The notes beneath the pieces are model-generated. The model worked only from the letters and a program-made list of their open reading frames with translations, did not search any database and had not been told where the DNA came from. This document shows, one piece after another, positions 1-8,282 of a stretch of 32,380 nucleotides of DNA; within the stretch, counting starts at the first letter, position 1, and every line of letters starts with the position of its first letter. The stretch is from assembly GCA_012839015.1 (NCBI GenBank), contig DUOF01000143.1, positions 1 through 32,380 of the forward strand. Reading direction: 5' to 3'. Origin of the DNA: a bacterium. GTDB taxonomy: Bacteria; Bacillota_I; Bacilli_A; RFN20; DUOF01. A program made the translations under genes and the position numbers.

Positions 1-182
1 CCATTAGCATATGGTGGCCCATCATGAAGTACAAAGGGTTTCTTGCCTTTGTTTTTCTCTATTAGAGAATCATATATCTTTAGTTGCTGCCAACTCTTTC
101 TAATATTTGGTTCCTTAACACTTAAGTTTCCCCTCATCTCAAACTTTGTTTTAGGCATCAATAGTGTTTTCTTGATTTCCAT
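1..182 (-). CDS. ileS: Isoleucyl-tRNA synthetase, N-terminal fragment (gene runs off the left edge)
   Basis: Minus-strand translation from ATG at 182..180 gives [61 protein letters not shown]. This is the typical IleRS N-terminus ending in the DGPPYANG lead-in to the HIGH motif. AGGAGG (190-195 on plus) lies 7 nt upstream. It is absent from the ORF track because it is truncated. Confidence 0.9.
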   Translation of the reverse strand, partial: MEIKKTLLMPKTKFEMRGNLSVKEPNIRKSWQQLKIYDSLIEKNKGKKPFVLHDGPPYAN

Positions 183-432
183 AACTTTTCCTCCTTTAAA
201 TAAAAAAGGTACCTTAAGGAACGTCATCTAGACGCGGTACCATCCTTTTTCATAAATAAAATTTATGCTCTTATACATTAACGCAGTCTCACGACTTTAG
301 TTACTAATTTCACTAAAGTAGCTCCAAAGTGATAATCCTAAACTAGTTATTAGTGCTTTTCACCATCCAGCACCTCTCTATAATAACTTTTGTCTAAGAT
401 CTTGTCTTTTTCTTAGCCTTTTTAATTTATAC
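183..432 (-). promoter_or_regulatory. T-box riboswitch leader of ileS (candidate Ile AUC specifier)
   Basis: The minus strand carries the T-box sequence GGATGGTACCGCG (245..233). It also has a Stem-I distal module, AGAGAG-GTGCT-GGATGGTGAAA-AGCAC, flanked by AGTTATTA/TAATAACT pairing (about 395..345). ATC followed by A lies in the descending strand (333..330). A terminator-like GGTACC...GGTACC helix with an inner CGTC/GACG pairing, followed by TTTTTT (241..202), sits just before the ileS SD. Confidence 0.75.
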
Positions 433-438
433 TCGTCT

Positions 439-467
439 ATTATCACATAGATGAGTAATATTTTCAA
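439..467 (-). promoter_or_regulatory. Putative sigma-A promoter for the ileS T-box leader
   Basis: Minus strand has TTGAAA (467..462), a 17-nt spacer, then GATAAT (444..439) with an upstream TG (TGTGATAAT). Confidence 0.5.
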
Positions 468-500
468 TTATTTTTAGTATTTATACTTTTGCTATAACTA

Positions 501-1031
501 CTATCTAATTGATTTCATGGCTTTAGTCCAGGTAACTAATTGATCTAACATGCTTTCAACACTCTTAACATGGAAGTCAGCCGGTTTAAAGACTGTACCA
601 TTTTCAAAATCAGTAAACAAGTTAAAGGCTACATTAGTTCTTACATCAGCGATTTGAAGTTCTCCCATTACTGCTCTTAAGTGTTCAGCTGCTCTAACTC
701 CACCAGTTGAACCATAACTAACAATAGCAGCTGCTTTATTAGCCCATGGCTCCCTAGCTAAGTCTAAAGCGTTCTTTAAAGAACCTGATAGACTATGGTT
801 ATATTCTGCAGTGATGAAGATAAAACCATCTAAAGATGCTAACTTCTCGTTCCAGGCTGTAATGCCTTCAACTACATCGCTCTCACCTAAAAGTGGTAAC
901 TTATAGTCTTTTATATCAACAACTTCAAAAGTTGCATCATCTCTTTTTGTAGCAATATTCTTAATATATTCGCCTACTTGAGGGCTAACTCTTCCCTCTC
1001 TTGTACTACCTAACAAAATACCTATTTTCAT
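501..1031 (-). CDS. NAD(P)H-dependent FMN reductase family flavoprotein
   Basis: 176 aa. N-terminal MKIGILLGSTREGR and the central FITAEYNHS and SYGSTGG segments are typical of the flavodoxin-fold NADPH:FMN reductase (YieF/ChrR-like) family. GGAGG lies upstream. Confidence 0.8.
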   Translation of the reverse strand: MKIGILLGSTREGRVSPQVGEYIKNIATKRDDATFEVVDIKDYKLPLLGESDVVEGITAWNEKLASLDGFIFITAEYNHSLSGSLKNALDLAREPWANKAAAIVSYGSTGGVRAAEHLRAVMGELQIADVRTNVAFNLFTDFENGTVFKPADFHVKSVESMLDQLVTWTKAMKSIR

Positions 1032-1109
1032 ATTTTTTCCTCCTTAAAAATAACTATTTAAATCAATTATAGATTGAATTATAAAAATCTCCTATAGAAA
1101 AGAGACTTA

Positions 1110-1421
1110 TTATTTACCTTTATTAACTATAAACTCAAATTCTATTTTAGAATTTCTTTTAATTTCACCATTTAGGGCAAATATGACTCCACCTAAAAAG
1201 TTAATCATCTTTAGTGCATCAGTTTTATTAAGTTCACTAATATCTAAAATAACATTAGTATTGTTTTTTAGATCACTGGCAATTGATTGAGTTTGTTGAA
1301 AACTAATCGGTTTATGAATTACGCTTGTCTTAGAGGTATTCTTAGGTTTTTCTATGTGATAAAAAAGAGTTTCTTCTTCATCTGGAAATAATTTCTTCTT
1401 TATCTTTTTAGAAAATCCCAT
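1110..1421 (-). CDS. sepF: Cell-division protein SepF-like (short form)
   Basis: 103 aa. It has a basic amphipathic N-terminus (MGFSKKIKKKLF) and a C-terminal core, KPISFQQTQSIASDLKNNTNVILDISELNKTDALKMINFLGGVIFALNGEIKR. That core follows the SepF/YlmF pattern (ePrsfedaqeIad.lk....vvvNL..l....a.RivDFlsG.vyal.G.i.r). Its position between a sigG-like gene and ileS mirrors B. subtilis sigG...sepF...ileS. Confidence 0.7.
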   Translation of the reverse strand: MGFSKKIKKKLFPDEEETLFYHIEKPKNTSKTSVIHKPISFQQTQSIASDLKNNTNVILDISELNKTDALKMINFLGGVIFALNGEIKRNSKIEFEFIVNKGK

Positions 1422-1473
1422 AGTTACACCTCAATCCCATTATACTACAAAAATAATGAAGTTAAAGAATATT

Positions 1474-2247
1474 TTAGAAATAACTTCTAAGAGACTCAAT
1501 CGCGCTCTTTTCTAGTCTTGAAACTTGAGCTTGTGAAATATTAAATTCACTAGCTATTTCAAATTGGGTTTTACCAAGGTAATAACGGTCTTTGATAATG
1601 GTTCGCTGTTGTTCATTTAACCTTTTTATGGCATTTCTAAGCGTTATATAGTTAACTAGTTTTTCATTACTATAGTAATCATCTCCGAGCTGATCTATCA
1701 AATAGATAGCGTCATCCCCTTCACCATATATTGGATCATAGAGCGAGACTACGCTCTGAGTGGAACTTAAAGCCTCCTGAATACTCTTAACATCGACTTC
1801 AAGGATCTCTGCGATTTGTTCTTCGCTAGGTTCATTATGATACTTCATAATGTACTCTTCTTTAACCTTCATGCTTTTGTAGGCCAAGTCTTTAATCTGC
1901 CTTGAGATTCTAACCGGGGTATTATCCCTTAAGTATCTTTTTATCTCACCGATAATCATCGGTACTGCATAGGTAGAGAAGCGAAGATTATAACTTAAAT
2001 CAAAGTTATTAATCGCTTTAATTAAACCGATACAACCGATTTGAAATAAGTCATCAAGATTATCAGTTCGATTAGAAAACTTCTTAATAACCGATAAGAT
2101 AAGCTTTAAGTTGCCATTGACGATCTCATTTTGGACTGAAGCGTCTCCTGCTTGTAGTCTTTTTATAAGCTGAATTGTCTCTTCATTTTTTAGAACCTTA
2201 ATATTACTAGTTTCTACACCAGTAATAACAACTTTATGTCTTGCCAT
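1474..2247 (-). CDS. Group-3 sigma-70 factor of the forespore SigF/SigG type
   Basis: 257 aa. N-terminus ITGVETSNIKVLKNEE; region 2 LILSVIKKFSNRTDNLDDLFQIGCIGLIKAINNFDLSYNLRFSTYAVPMIIGEIKRYLRDNTPVRISR; region 4.2 GKTQFEIASEFNISQAQVSRLEKSAI. It is nearly collinear with B. subtilis SigG as I recall it (VNGNLRLVLSVIQRF...FSTYAVPMIIGEIRRYLRDN...ISQAQVSRLEK). Confidence 0.85.
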   Translation of the reverse strand: MARHKVVITGVETSNIKVLKNEETIQLIKRLQAGDASVQNEIVNGNLKLILSVIKKFSNRTDNLDDLFQIGCIGLIKAINNFDLSYNLRFSTYAVPMIIGEIKRYLRDNTPVRISRQIKDLAYKSMKVKEEYIMKYHNEPSEEQIAEILEVDVKSIQEALSSTQSVVSLYDPIYGEGDDAIYLIDQLGDDYYSNEKLVNYITLRNAIKRLNEQQRTIIKDRYYLGKTQFEIASEFNISQAQVSRLEKSAIESLRSYF

Positions 2248-2296
2248 TTTATCACTCTCAAAATGAGTTTGCCCAAAACGGCGGGTTTTATTCTAT

Positions 2297-4849
2297 TTAA
2301 AAGTCATCATCTAATAGATCTAGAATAGAGATTTTCTCATAGTCTGTCTCTTTAGTATCATTCTTCTTTGGTGTGTCAATACTACTTGTTCCAATACTCA
2401 CACTAGGGCGATAAATAAATGTATTATTACCAACGATGTCAACATGATTGCTAGATGCCGTGATTATTTGTTCATTATTAGCAATCTGTAAGTTATTTTT
2501 CATATTACGCTCTAGCGGTGAAGGTTTTTCACCTAAATCTAATTCAATTAGATTATTTGTGCTAAGAGCGAATGCTTTTTCACCTTCGTTTACTAAACCA
2601 AAGTAAACCGCTTCATGTGGGTCTGATTTGAAACATTTAAAGATAGAAGTAGGTTTATTAACCCTGCCAGTAGTATCAATACTATCCGGGTTAATTACCT
2701 TAAAGCCACCTTGCCTACTAACAAGATATGTATTCTTGGTATTGTTCTTGTGTAGGACTGCCATACCAATTGGATTTCCATATCTCTTTAAATTACTAAT
2801 AGCTTTAACACCAGCAGCCTTAACACCGATCGGTGAAACTTCTTCTTCATGATACTTAACAGCATAACCCTGATCAGTAGCGATAATAATCTGACTATCT
2901 CCGTCTCCAAAACCAACACCGATTAGATAGTCATCTTCTTTATCAACTTTAGCACATTTATATGTTTTAGTGTATCTTTGTACTTCAAACTCAGAAAGAC
3001 TTGTTTTTTTAATTAAGCCTTTATGGGTTGCTAGGATAATATTAACATCACTATTAAACTCGCTAACTAAGATACCACCTACAATAAACTCATTGCTAGA
3101 CAAGGTGGCAATATTATTAATGTGCTCACCATCGTCTTTCCATTTACCTTCTGCTAATTCAAAGACTGGGATGTATATATAGTTACCTAGAGTGGTAAAT
3201 AAGAGTAAGACATCAGTCGTCATTGCACTGGTGACTCCTACTAGTATATCATCATCCTTAACGTTAGGTAGTTCATCTTGAGTAGCGTTATAAGACTTAA
3301 GTGAAGATCTCTTTGCATATCCTCTTCTAGTAAAACTAACCATAACCTCCTCTTTAGTTATCATATCTTTTTTATCAATAACTATTTCATCAATCTCTTC
3401 TTCTAATGCACTAAGTCTAGGTGAATCATAAGTTTTTCTAATTTCAGTTAGTTCTCTAATAACTAGTTTTCTAAGTTTTCCTTCATCACTTAGTAGTTCT
3501 TTTAACTCTTCTACTTGTTTAACTAACTCTTCTTTTTCATTAACAAGCAAGTCTACATCAGTAGAAGACAAACGATAAAGTTGTAAAGAAACAATCGCTT
3601 CAGCTTGTTTCTCACTTATAGAGTATCTACTTATTAGATTATCTTTAGAGTCACTCTTATTTTTACTCTTTCTAATAATAGCAATAACTTCATCTAGGTT
3701 ATCAACGGCGATAATAAGACCATCGATGATATGTAGTCTGTCTTTAGCCTTGTCTAAATCAAACTGACATCTCTTTGTATCTACTTCAATTTGATGGGCA
3801 TTATAAGCATCAATTAATTCTAAAACTCCTAGTTGCATCGGGCGATTATTATTAATAACTACCATATTATAGTTATAATTTATTTGTAATGAAGTATTCT
3901 TCATCAAGTAATTCAAGATTAGTTCTGGATCAGCGTCTCTTTTAATATCAATAGCAATCCTTAGACCTTCTTTATCACTCTCATCCCTAACTTCGATAAT
4001 ACCGTCAATCTTTTTATCAAAGGCTATTTGATCAATACTTCTAACTAGGTCACTCTTAACAACCTCATATGGTATTTCGCTAACAATAATTTGATACATT
4101 TTCTTCGATTCTTTAATCTCACACTTAGATTTAATAACACATTTACCTCTACCTGTAGCAAAAGCATCTTTAATTCCTTCTTTTCCTTGAACTATACCAC
4201 CAGTAGGAAAATCTGGACCTTTAATAAACTCCATTATTTCTTCTAGCATACAACTTGGGTTCTTAAGTCTATAAATAGCAGCATTAATGACCTCGCTTAG
4301 ATTATGCGGAGGTATTTCAGTAGCATAACCTGCTGCTATACCTTTAGCGCCATTAACTAAAAGGGCCGGGAATCTAGCAGGTAATACCGTAGGTTCTAAC
4401 ATTGTATCATCAAAGTTGTAAACCATGTTTACAGTATCTTTTTCAATATCTTTTAAAAGTTCATTAGCAATTTTACTTAGGCGTGCTTCAGTATAACGCA
4501 TCGCTGCTGCAGGGTCATTATCAATTGACCCGTTGTTACCGTGCATATCAATAAGGATCTCATTGTTCTTCCACCACTGCGACATTCTCACCATGGCATC
4601 ATAAACACTAGTATCACCATGTGGGTGATAGTTACCTATTACATTACCAACAGTTTTAGCAGATTTTCTATGGGGACGAGTGAAAGTATTCCCATCCTTA
4701 TACATAGCATATAGAATCCTTCTTTGGACTGGTTTTAAGCCGTCTCTTACGTCTGGGAGTGCTCTTTCTTGAATAATGTATTTGGAATATCGAGCGAAGC
4801 GATCTCCCATGATATCATGCAGCGAGTAAACTAAATTCTTATCTTCCAT
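2297..4849 (-). CDS. parC: DNA topoisomerase IV subunit A
   Basis: 850 aa. GNYHPHGDTSVYDAMVRMSQ, the catalytic-Tyr segment AAMRYTEARLSKIA, and a beta-pinwheel C-terminal domain. It is coupled (TAATG) to an upstream ParE-type B subunit and adjacent to plsY, as in Bacillus (plsY...parE-parC). Confidence 0.88.
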   Translation of the reverse strand: MEDKNLVYSLHDIMGDRFARYSKYIIQERALPDVRDGLKPVQRRILYAMYKDGNTFTRPHRKSAKTVGNVIGNYHPHGDTSVYDAMVRMSQWWKNNEILIDMHGNNGSIDNDPAAAMRYTEARLSKIANELLKDIEKDTVNMVYNFDDTMLEPTVLPARFPALLVNGAKGIAAGYATEIPPHNLSEVINAAIYRLKNPSCMLEEIMEFIKGPDFPTGGIVQGKEGIKDAFATGRGKCVIKSKCEIKESKKMYQIIVSEIPYEVVKSDLVRSIDQIAFDKKIDGIIEVRDESDKEGLRIAIDIKRDADPELILNYLMKNTSLQINYNYNMVVINNNRPMQLGVLELIDAYNAHQIEVDTKRCQFDLDKAKDRLHIIDGLIIAVDNLDEVIAIIRKSKNKSDSKDNLISRYSISEKQAEAIVSLQLYRLSSTDVDLLVNEKEELVKQVEELKELLSDEGKLRKLVIRELTEIRKTYDSPRLSALEEEIDEIVIDKKDMITKEEVMVSFTRRGYAKRSSLKSYNATQDELPNVKDDDILVGVTSAMTTDVLLLFTTLGNYIYIPVFELAEGKWKDDGEHINNIATLSSNEFIVGGILVSEFNSDVNIILATHKGLIKKTSLSEFEVQRYTKTYKCAKVDKEDDYLIGVGFGDGDSQIIIATDQGYAVKYHEEEVSPIGVKAAGVKAISNLKRYGNPIGMAVLHKNNTKNTYLVSRQGGFKVINPDSIDTTGRVNKPTSIFKCFKSDPHEAVYFGLVNEGEKAFALSTNNLIELDLGEKPSPLERNMKNNLQIANNEQIITASSNHVDIVGNNTFIYRPSVSIGTSSIDTPKKNDTKETDYEKISILDLLDDDF

Positions 4850-6786
4850 TATACTTCACTCCCTTCACTAAAATTATCTTCAAGGGTAAATTTAACGTTA
4901 TCCTCGATCCATTTTCTACGAACATCAACCTTATTACCCATTAAAACACTAACTCGACGATCGGCATTAACAAGGTCATCGACACTAACTTGAATTAGGG
5001 TTCTAGTTTTAGGATCCATGGTAGTTTCCCAAAGTTGTTCGGCGTTCATCTCACCTAGACCCTTATATCTTTGGATAGTGTATTTGTCACCGAGTTCTTT
5101 TTTAGCCTCTTCTAACTCAATTTCATCCCAAGCATACTTAAACTTTTCGCTCTTACCAACCTTTTTACTCACCTTATATAGAGGTGGACAAGCTAAGAAG
5201 ACCCTTCCGTGTTCAATCATCGGTCTCATGAAACGATAAAAGAAAGTAAGTAGGAGTACTTGAATATGTGCTCCATCGGTATCAGCATCAGTCATAATGA
5301 TTATTTTTCCATATCTTGCATCCTTGATATCAAAGTCTTCGCCTACACCTGCTCCAATAGTATGAATGATAGTAGATATCTCCTCATTCTTAAGAACATC
5401 TTCTATTCTAGTTTTCTCACTATTAATAACCTTACCTCTAAGCGGTAAGATGGCCTGATGGTGACGATCTCGTCCCTGTTTTGCACTACCACCGGCAGAA
5501 TCCCCTTCCACTAGGAATAGTTCATTTAACATCTTATTTTTAGATTGAGCCGGAGTTAGTTTACCACTTAAAATCCTTTCAACCTTATTCTTCTTAGAAT
5601 TTCTAGCATTTTCTCTAGCTTTTCTTGCAGCGTCTCTTACTTGTCTTGCTTTAAGCGATTTCTTAATAAGAGTCTGGGCTATTTCCTTGTTTTCCTCTAA
5701 GAATGCTGTTAGCTTTTCAAAAACAACATTCTCAACCGCACCTTTAGCTTCACTAGTACCTAGCTTACCTTTTGTTTGGCCTTCAAACTGAAGCAAATTT
5801 TCTCCGATCTTCAAAGATACAATCGCAGTAAGACCCTCTCTTACATCGCTTCCATCTAAATTCTTTTCTCTCTCTTTTAGGAAATTATATTTCCTGGCAT
5901 ATTCATTAAATGCTTTAGTAAAGGCAGTCTTAAGCCCCACTTCATGGGTACCACCATCAATTGTTCTTAAATTGTTAACAAAAGATAAAACACTTTCTTC
6001 ATACTCATTGCAAAATTGGAAAGCTACTTCTACTTGAATACCACTACTTTCTTGTTCAAAGTAAACTGGCTCATGTAAAGGCGTTTTTAGCTCGTTAACA
6101 AATTCAACAAAAGCAACAAGTCCATTCTCGTAACAAAATGTTTCTTGTCTATTTCCCTTTTCATCAATTAAAATTATTTCCAAACCTTTTATCAAGAAAG
6201 CACTCTCTTTAAGCCTTTCTGAAATAGTATTGTAATTAAAATCTATATCTGAAAATATCTTTCTATCTGGTTTAAAGCGTACTAGGGTACCGTGACGGTA
6301 ACTATTACCTACTACCTTTAAAGGTGAAACGAGGTTCCCCCCTTTTTCAAATCTAATATTATGTATTTTGCCATCTCTATAGATAGTAATATCCATAAAT
6401 TCACTTAAAGCATTAACTACACTCCCACCAACACCGTGTAGACCAGAAGAGGTCTTATAACCACCCTCTTGTCCAAACTTACCACCAGCATGTAAAACGG
6501 TATAAACTACTTCAGGTGTAGATTTACCAGAAACGTGTTTCCCGGTCGGGATACCTCTTCCCTCATCTTGTATAGAAATACTGTTATCTTTATGTAAAGT
6601 AACGACAATTTTATTTCCCCATCCGCCCATTGCCTCATCAATCGCGTTGTCGACTATTTCCCAAACTAGGTGATGTAGTCCTCGATAATCCGTGGAACCG
6701 ATATACATACCTGGTCTCTTCCTTACTGCTTGTAAACCTTCTAAAATTTGAATACTACTCTCATTATAACCACTACTAACGGACAC
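4849..6786 (-). CDS. parE: DNA topoisomerase IV subunit B
   Basis: 645 aa. LEGLQAVRKRPGMYIGST, EGDSAGGSAKQGRDR, PLRGKVIN and IIIMTDADTDGAHIQ. Length and the lack of a GyrB insertion fit ParE. The stop overlaps the parC ATG by 1 nt. Confidence 0.9.
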   Translation of the reverse strand: MSVSSGYNESSIQILEGLQAVRKRPGMYIGSTDYRGLHHLVWEIVDNAIDEAMGGWGNKIVVTLHKDNSISIQDEGRGIPTGKHVSGKSTPEVVYTVLHAGGKFGQEGGYKTSSGLHGVGGSVVNALSEFMDITIYRDGKIHNIRFEKGGNLVSPLKVVGNSYRHGTLVRFKPDRKIFSDIDFNYNTISERLKESAFLIKGLEIILIDEKGNRQETFCYENGLVAFVEFVNELKTPLHEPVYFEQESSGIQVEVAFQFCNEYEESVLSFVNNLRTIDGGTHEVGLKTAFTKAFNEYARKYNFLKEREKNLDGSDVREGLTAIVSLKIGENLLQFEGQTKGKLGTSEAKGAVENVVFEKLTAFLEENKEIAQTLIKKSLKARQVRDAARKARENARNSKKNKVERILSGKLTPAQSKNKMLNELFLVEGDSAGGSAKQGRDRHHQAILPLRGKVINSEKTRIEDVLKNEEISTIIHTIGAGVGEDFDIKDARYGKIIIMTDADTDGAHIQVLLLTFFYRFMRPMIEHGRVFLACPPLYKVSKKVGKSEKFKYAWDEIELEEAKKELGDKYTIQRYKGLGEMNAEQLWETTMDPKTRTLIQVSVDDLVNADRRVSVLMGNKVDVRRKWIEDNVKFTLEDNFSEGSEV

Positions 6787-6856
6787 ACAAAAACTCCTCT
6801 CAAAACGTCAATACTCAATTATTATACAAAAATTATTAGTCAATTGCACTATTTAA

Positions 6857-6864
6857 TGTATAAT
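6857..6864 (+). promoter_or_regulatory. Extended -10 element (TGTATAAT) upstream of plsY
   Basis: TGTATAAT lies about 20 nt upstream of the plsY SD/ATG. No convincing -35 was seen. Confidence 0.35.
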
Positions 6865-6882
6865 TAATGCGAGGTGGACCAT

Positions 6883-7521
6883 ATGTACTACATATTTTCA
6901 TTGAACGTTGGCTATTTGATTGGATCGATTCCTTTCTCATTATTATTAGGTAAAATCTTCTGTAAAAAAGATATTAGGGAAGCAGGAAGTGGTAACTTAG
7001 GTGCCAGTAATGCCGGTAGGGTTTTGGGTAAAAAAATTGGCATCGCCACTCTTTTACTTGATCTTCTTAAATGTAGCTTATCGGTTCTAATAATTTTCTT
7101 ACTACTTAGAAATAATCCTGATATAACCTATCTTTCTCACTACCTATACCTAGCAGGTATAGGAGCATTAATCGGGCATTGTTATCCTCTGTTTGCCTCA
7201 TTCAGGGGTGGTAAGGCAGTTGCTAGTACTTTTGGGTTTTTACTAATCATGAATTTATATTTATTTCTAATCGGGGTTGTTTTATTCTTCCTAATCTTAA
7301 AACTAACTAAGACTGTGAGTCTTTCATCAATGTTTAGTTTGGTATTTGTCGCCATTCTTTCATTCTTACCAATATTCAATAATTCTCTACTACTAGGAGT
7401 TAGCTTAGACCTAGCATTTAGTATTACTTTACTGGTAATGGTTTCACTAGTTATCTACCGACATGAATCTAATATAGTTAAGATAATGAATCGAAGTGAA
7501 AATAAAGTAACCTGGTTATAA
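6883..7521 (+). CDS. plsY: Glycerol-3-phosphate acyltransferase PlsY
   Basis: GSGNLGASNAGR and HCYPLFASFRGGKAVAS motifs in a polytopic membrane protein. The track starts at GTG 6874, but GAGGTGG (6871-6877) followed by ATG at 6883 is the better start. Confidence 0.9.
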   Translation: MYYIFSLNVGYLIGSIPFSLLLGKIFCKKDIREAGSGNLGASNAGRVLGKKIGIATLLLDLLKCSLSVLIIFLLLRNNPDITYLSHYLYLAGIGALIGHCYPLFASFRGGKAVASTFGFLLIMNLYLFLIGVVLFFLILKLTKTVSLSSMFSLVFVAILSFLPIFNNSLLLGVSLDLAFSITLLVMVSLVIYRHESNIVKIMNRSENKVTWL

Positions 7522-7530
7522 AATAGTATA

Positions 7531-7563
7531 AAAAAACAACTTAATCATTATAAGTTGTTTTTA
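7531..7563. terminator. Bidirectional intrinsic terminator between convergent plsY and yneF
   Basis: AAAAAACAACTTA-atcatta-TAAGTTGTTTTT. The perfect 8-bp stem ACAACTTA/TAAGTTGT extends into the flanking A-run and T-run, so it can work on both strands. Confidence 0.65.
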
Positions 7564-7577
7564 TATTTAACAGAGAA

Positions 7578-7787
7578 TTACTTATGTTTATTCATTGAAT
7601 TCATTACTTGTCTAATTTGGGTCTCGGATGGTTTTCTTCCCATTTGTAAGAACATCGCTCTAATCATTTTCTCATTGATCGGAGGATTTTTCTTCATTTG
7701 GTTCATGAACAAGTTTCTTGAAATAAAAAATCCAAGTATACCACCAACAAGTAAACCTCCAACTGCAAGTAAAATATCAATCAACAT
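7578..7787 (-). CDS. yneF: UPF0154 family small membrane protein (YneF-like)
   Basis: 69 aa. One N-terminal TM helix, then KKNPPINEKMIRAMFLQMGRKPSETQIRQVMNSMN. This matches the YneF signature (KKNPPINE.M.R.MM.QMG.KPS). The antisense 88-aa plus-strand ORF (7555-7821) is rejected. Confidence 0.8.
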   Translation of the reverse strand: MLIDILLAVGGLLVGGILGFFISRNLFMNQMKKNPPINEKMIRAMFLQMGRKPSETQIRQVMNSMNKHK

Positions 7788-7828
7788 ATTACAACCTCAT
7801 TTCTTTATCTATTCTAACTAATAGTTTT

Positions 7829-8233
7829 TTAAATTACAAGTCCCAGCCTGGCAATTTTATACTTATTTATATCAATTAAAATTAGGTCCGGAAAGTTTTT
7901 AGAGAGCGTATTTAAGAAGGGGCTCACTTCATAATCAGTTCTAATAACCATATAATTCTTTTTAAGATCTAATATCTCATAATTCTGGGTAATAAAGTTC
8001 TTTAAGTAATAAAAGTCTCCTTCTTGCTTATAATCGTCTCTAACCTTGAATTTTTGATCAATAATCTCTTTAATACTTTCCTTATCAACGTTTCTTAGGA
8101 AGGTTTTAAATTGTTTTTGATAATAGATATCCTCTTTACTTCTTAAATAGAGTTCATATAATGATTTTAAGTTATCATCATCAAACAAATTGGCAAAGTT
8201 ATTGTTCACCTGACACAAAAAATACTCTTTCAT
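7829..8233 (-). CDS. Hypothetical protein, SirA/YneE-like by position and pattern
   Basis: About 134 aa from ATG 8233. GGTGA lies 5 nt upstream, and the track start at 8242 is a GTG sitting inside that SD. The gene lies exactly between tkt and yneF, where B. subtilis carries yneE (sirA). The N-terminal FANLFDDDNLKSLYELY and the C-terminal hydrophobic pattern loosely resemble my recollection of SirA. Not verified. Confidence 0.4.
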   Translation of the reverse strand: MKEYFLCQVNNNFANLFDDDNLKSLYELYLRSKEDIYYQKQFKTFLRNVDKESIKEIIDQKFKVRDDYKQEGDFYYLKNFITQNYEILDLKKNYMVIRTDYEVSPFLNTLSKNFPDLILIDINKYKIARLGLVI

Positions 8234-8282
8234 TTTTATCACCGTTAGTAGTTTAACTAATTACAAAGTCGAATAAAGTAAA

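Noticed and set aside
43-231. 62-aa plus-strand ORF at the left edge
   Set aside because: It lies antisense to the ileS N-terminus, its SD and the T-box terminator. It has no SD and a low-complexity hydrophobic product.
2271-2290. GC-rich segment GCCCAAAACGGCGGGTTTTA as an intrinsic terminator after parC
   Set aside because: Only 3-bp stems can form. The T-run is on the plus strand, where nothing is transcribed toward it.
2628-6786. Plus-strand ORFs inside parC/parE (2628-2852, 2970-3182, 5018-5239, 5260-5448)
   Set aside because: They are antisense shadows of highly conserved topoisomerase genes, with no SDs and compositionally biased products.
7555-7821. 88-aa plus-strand ORF overlapping yneF
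   Set aside because: The opposite strand encodes a clear UPF0154/YneF protein with a conserved KKNPPINE motif. The plus-strand ORF begins inside the bidirectional terminator and has no SD.
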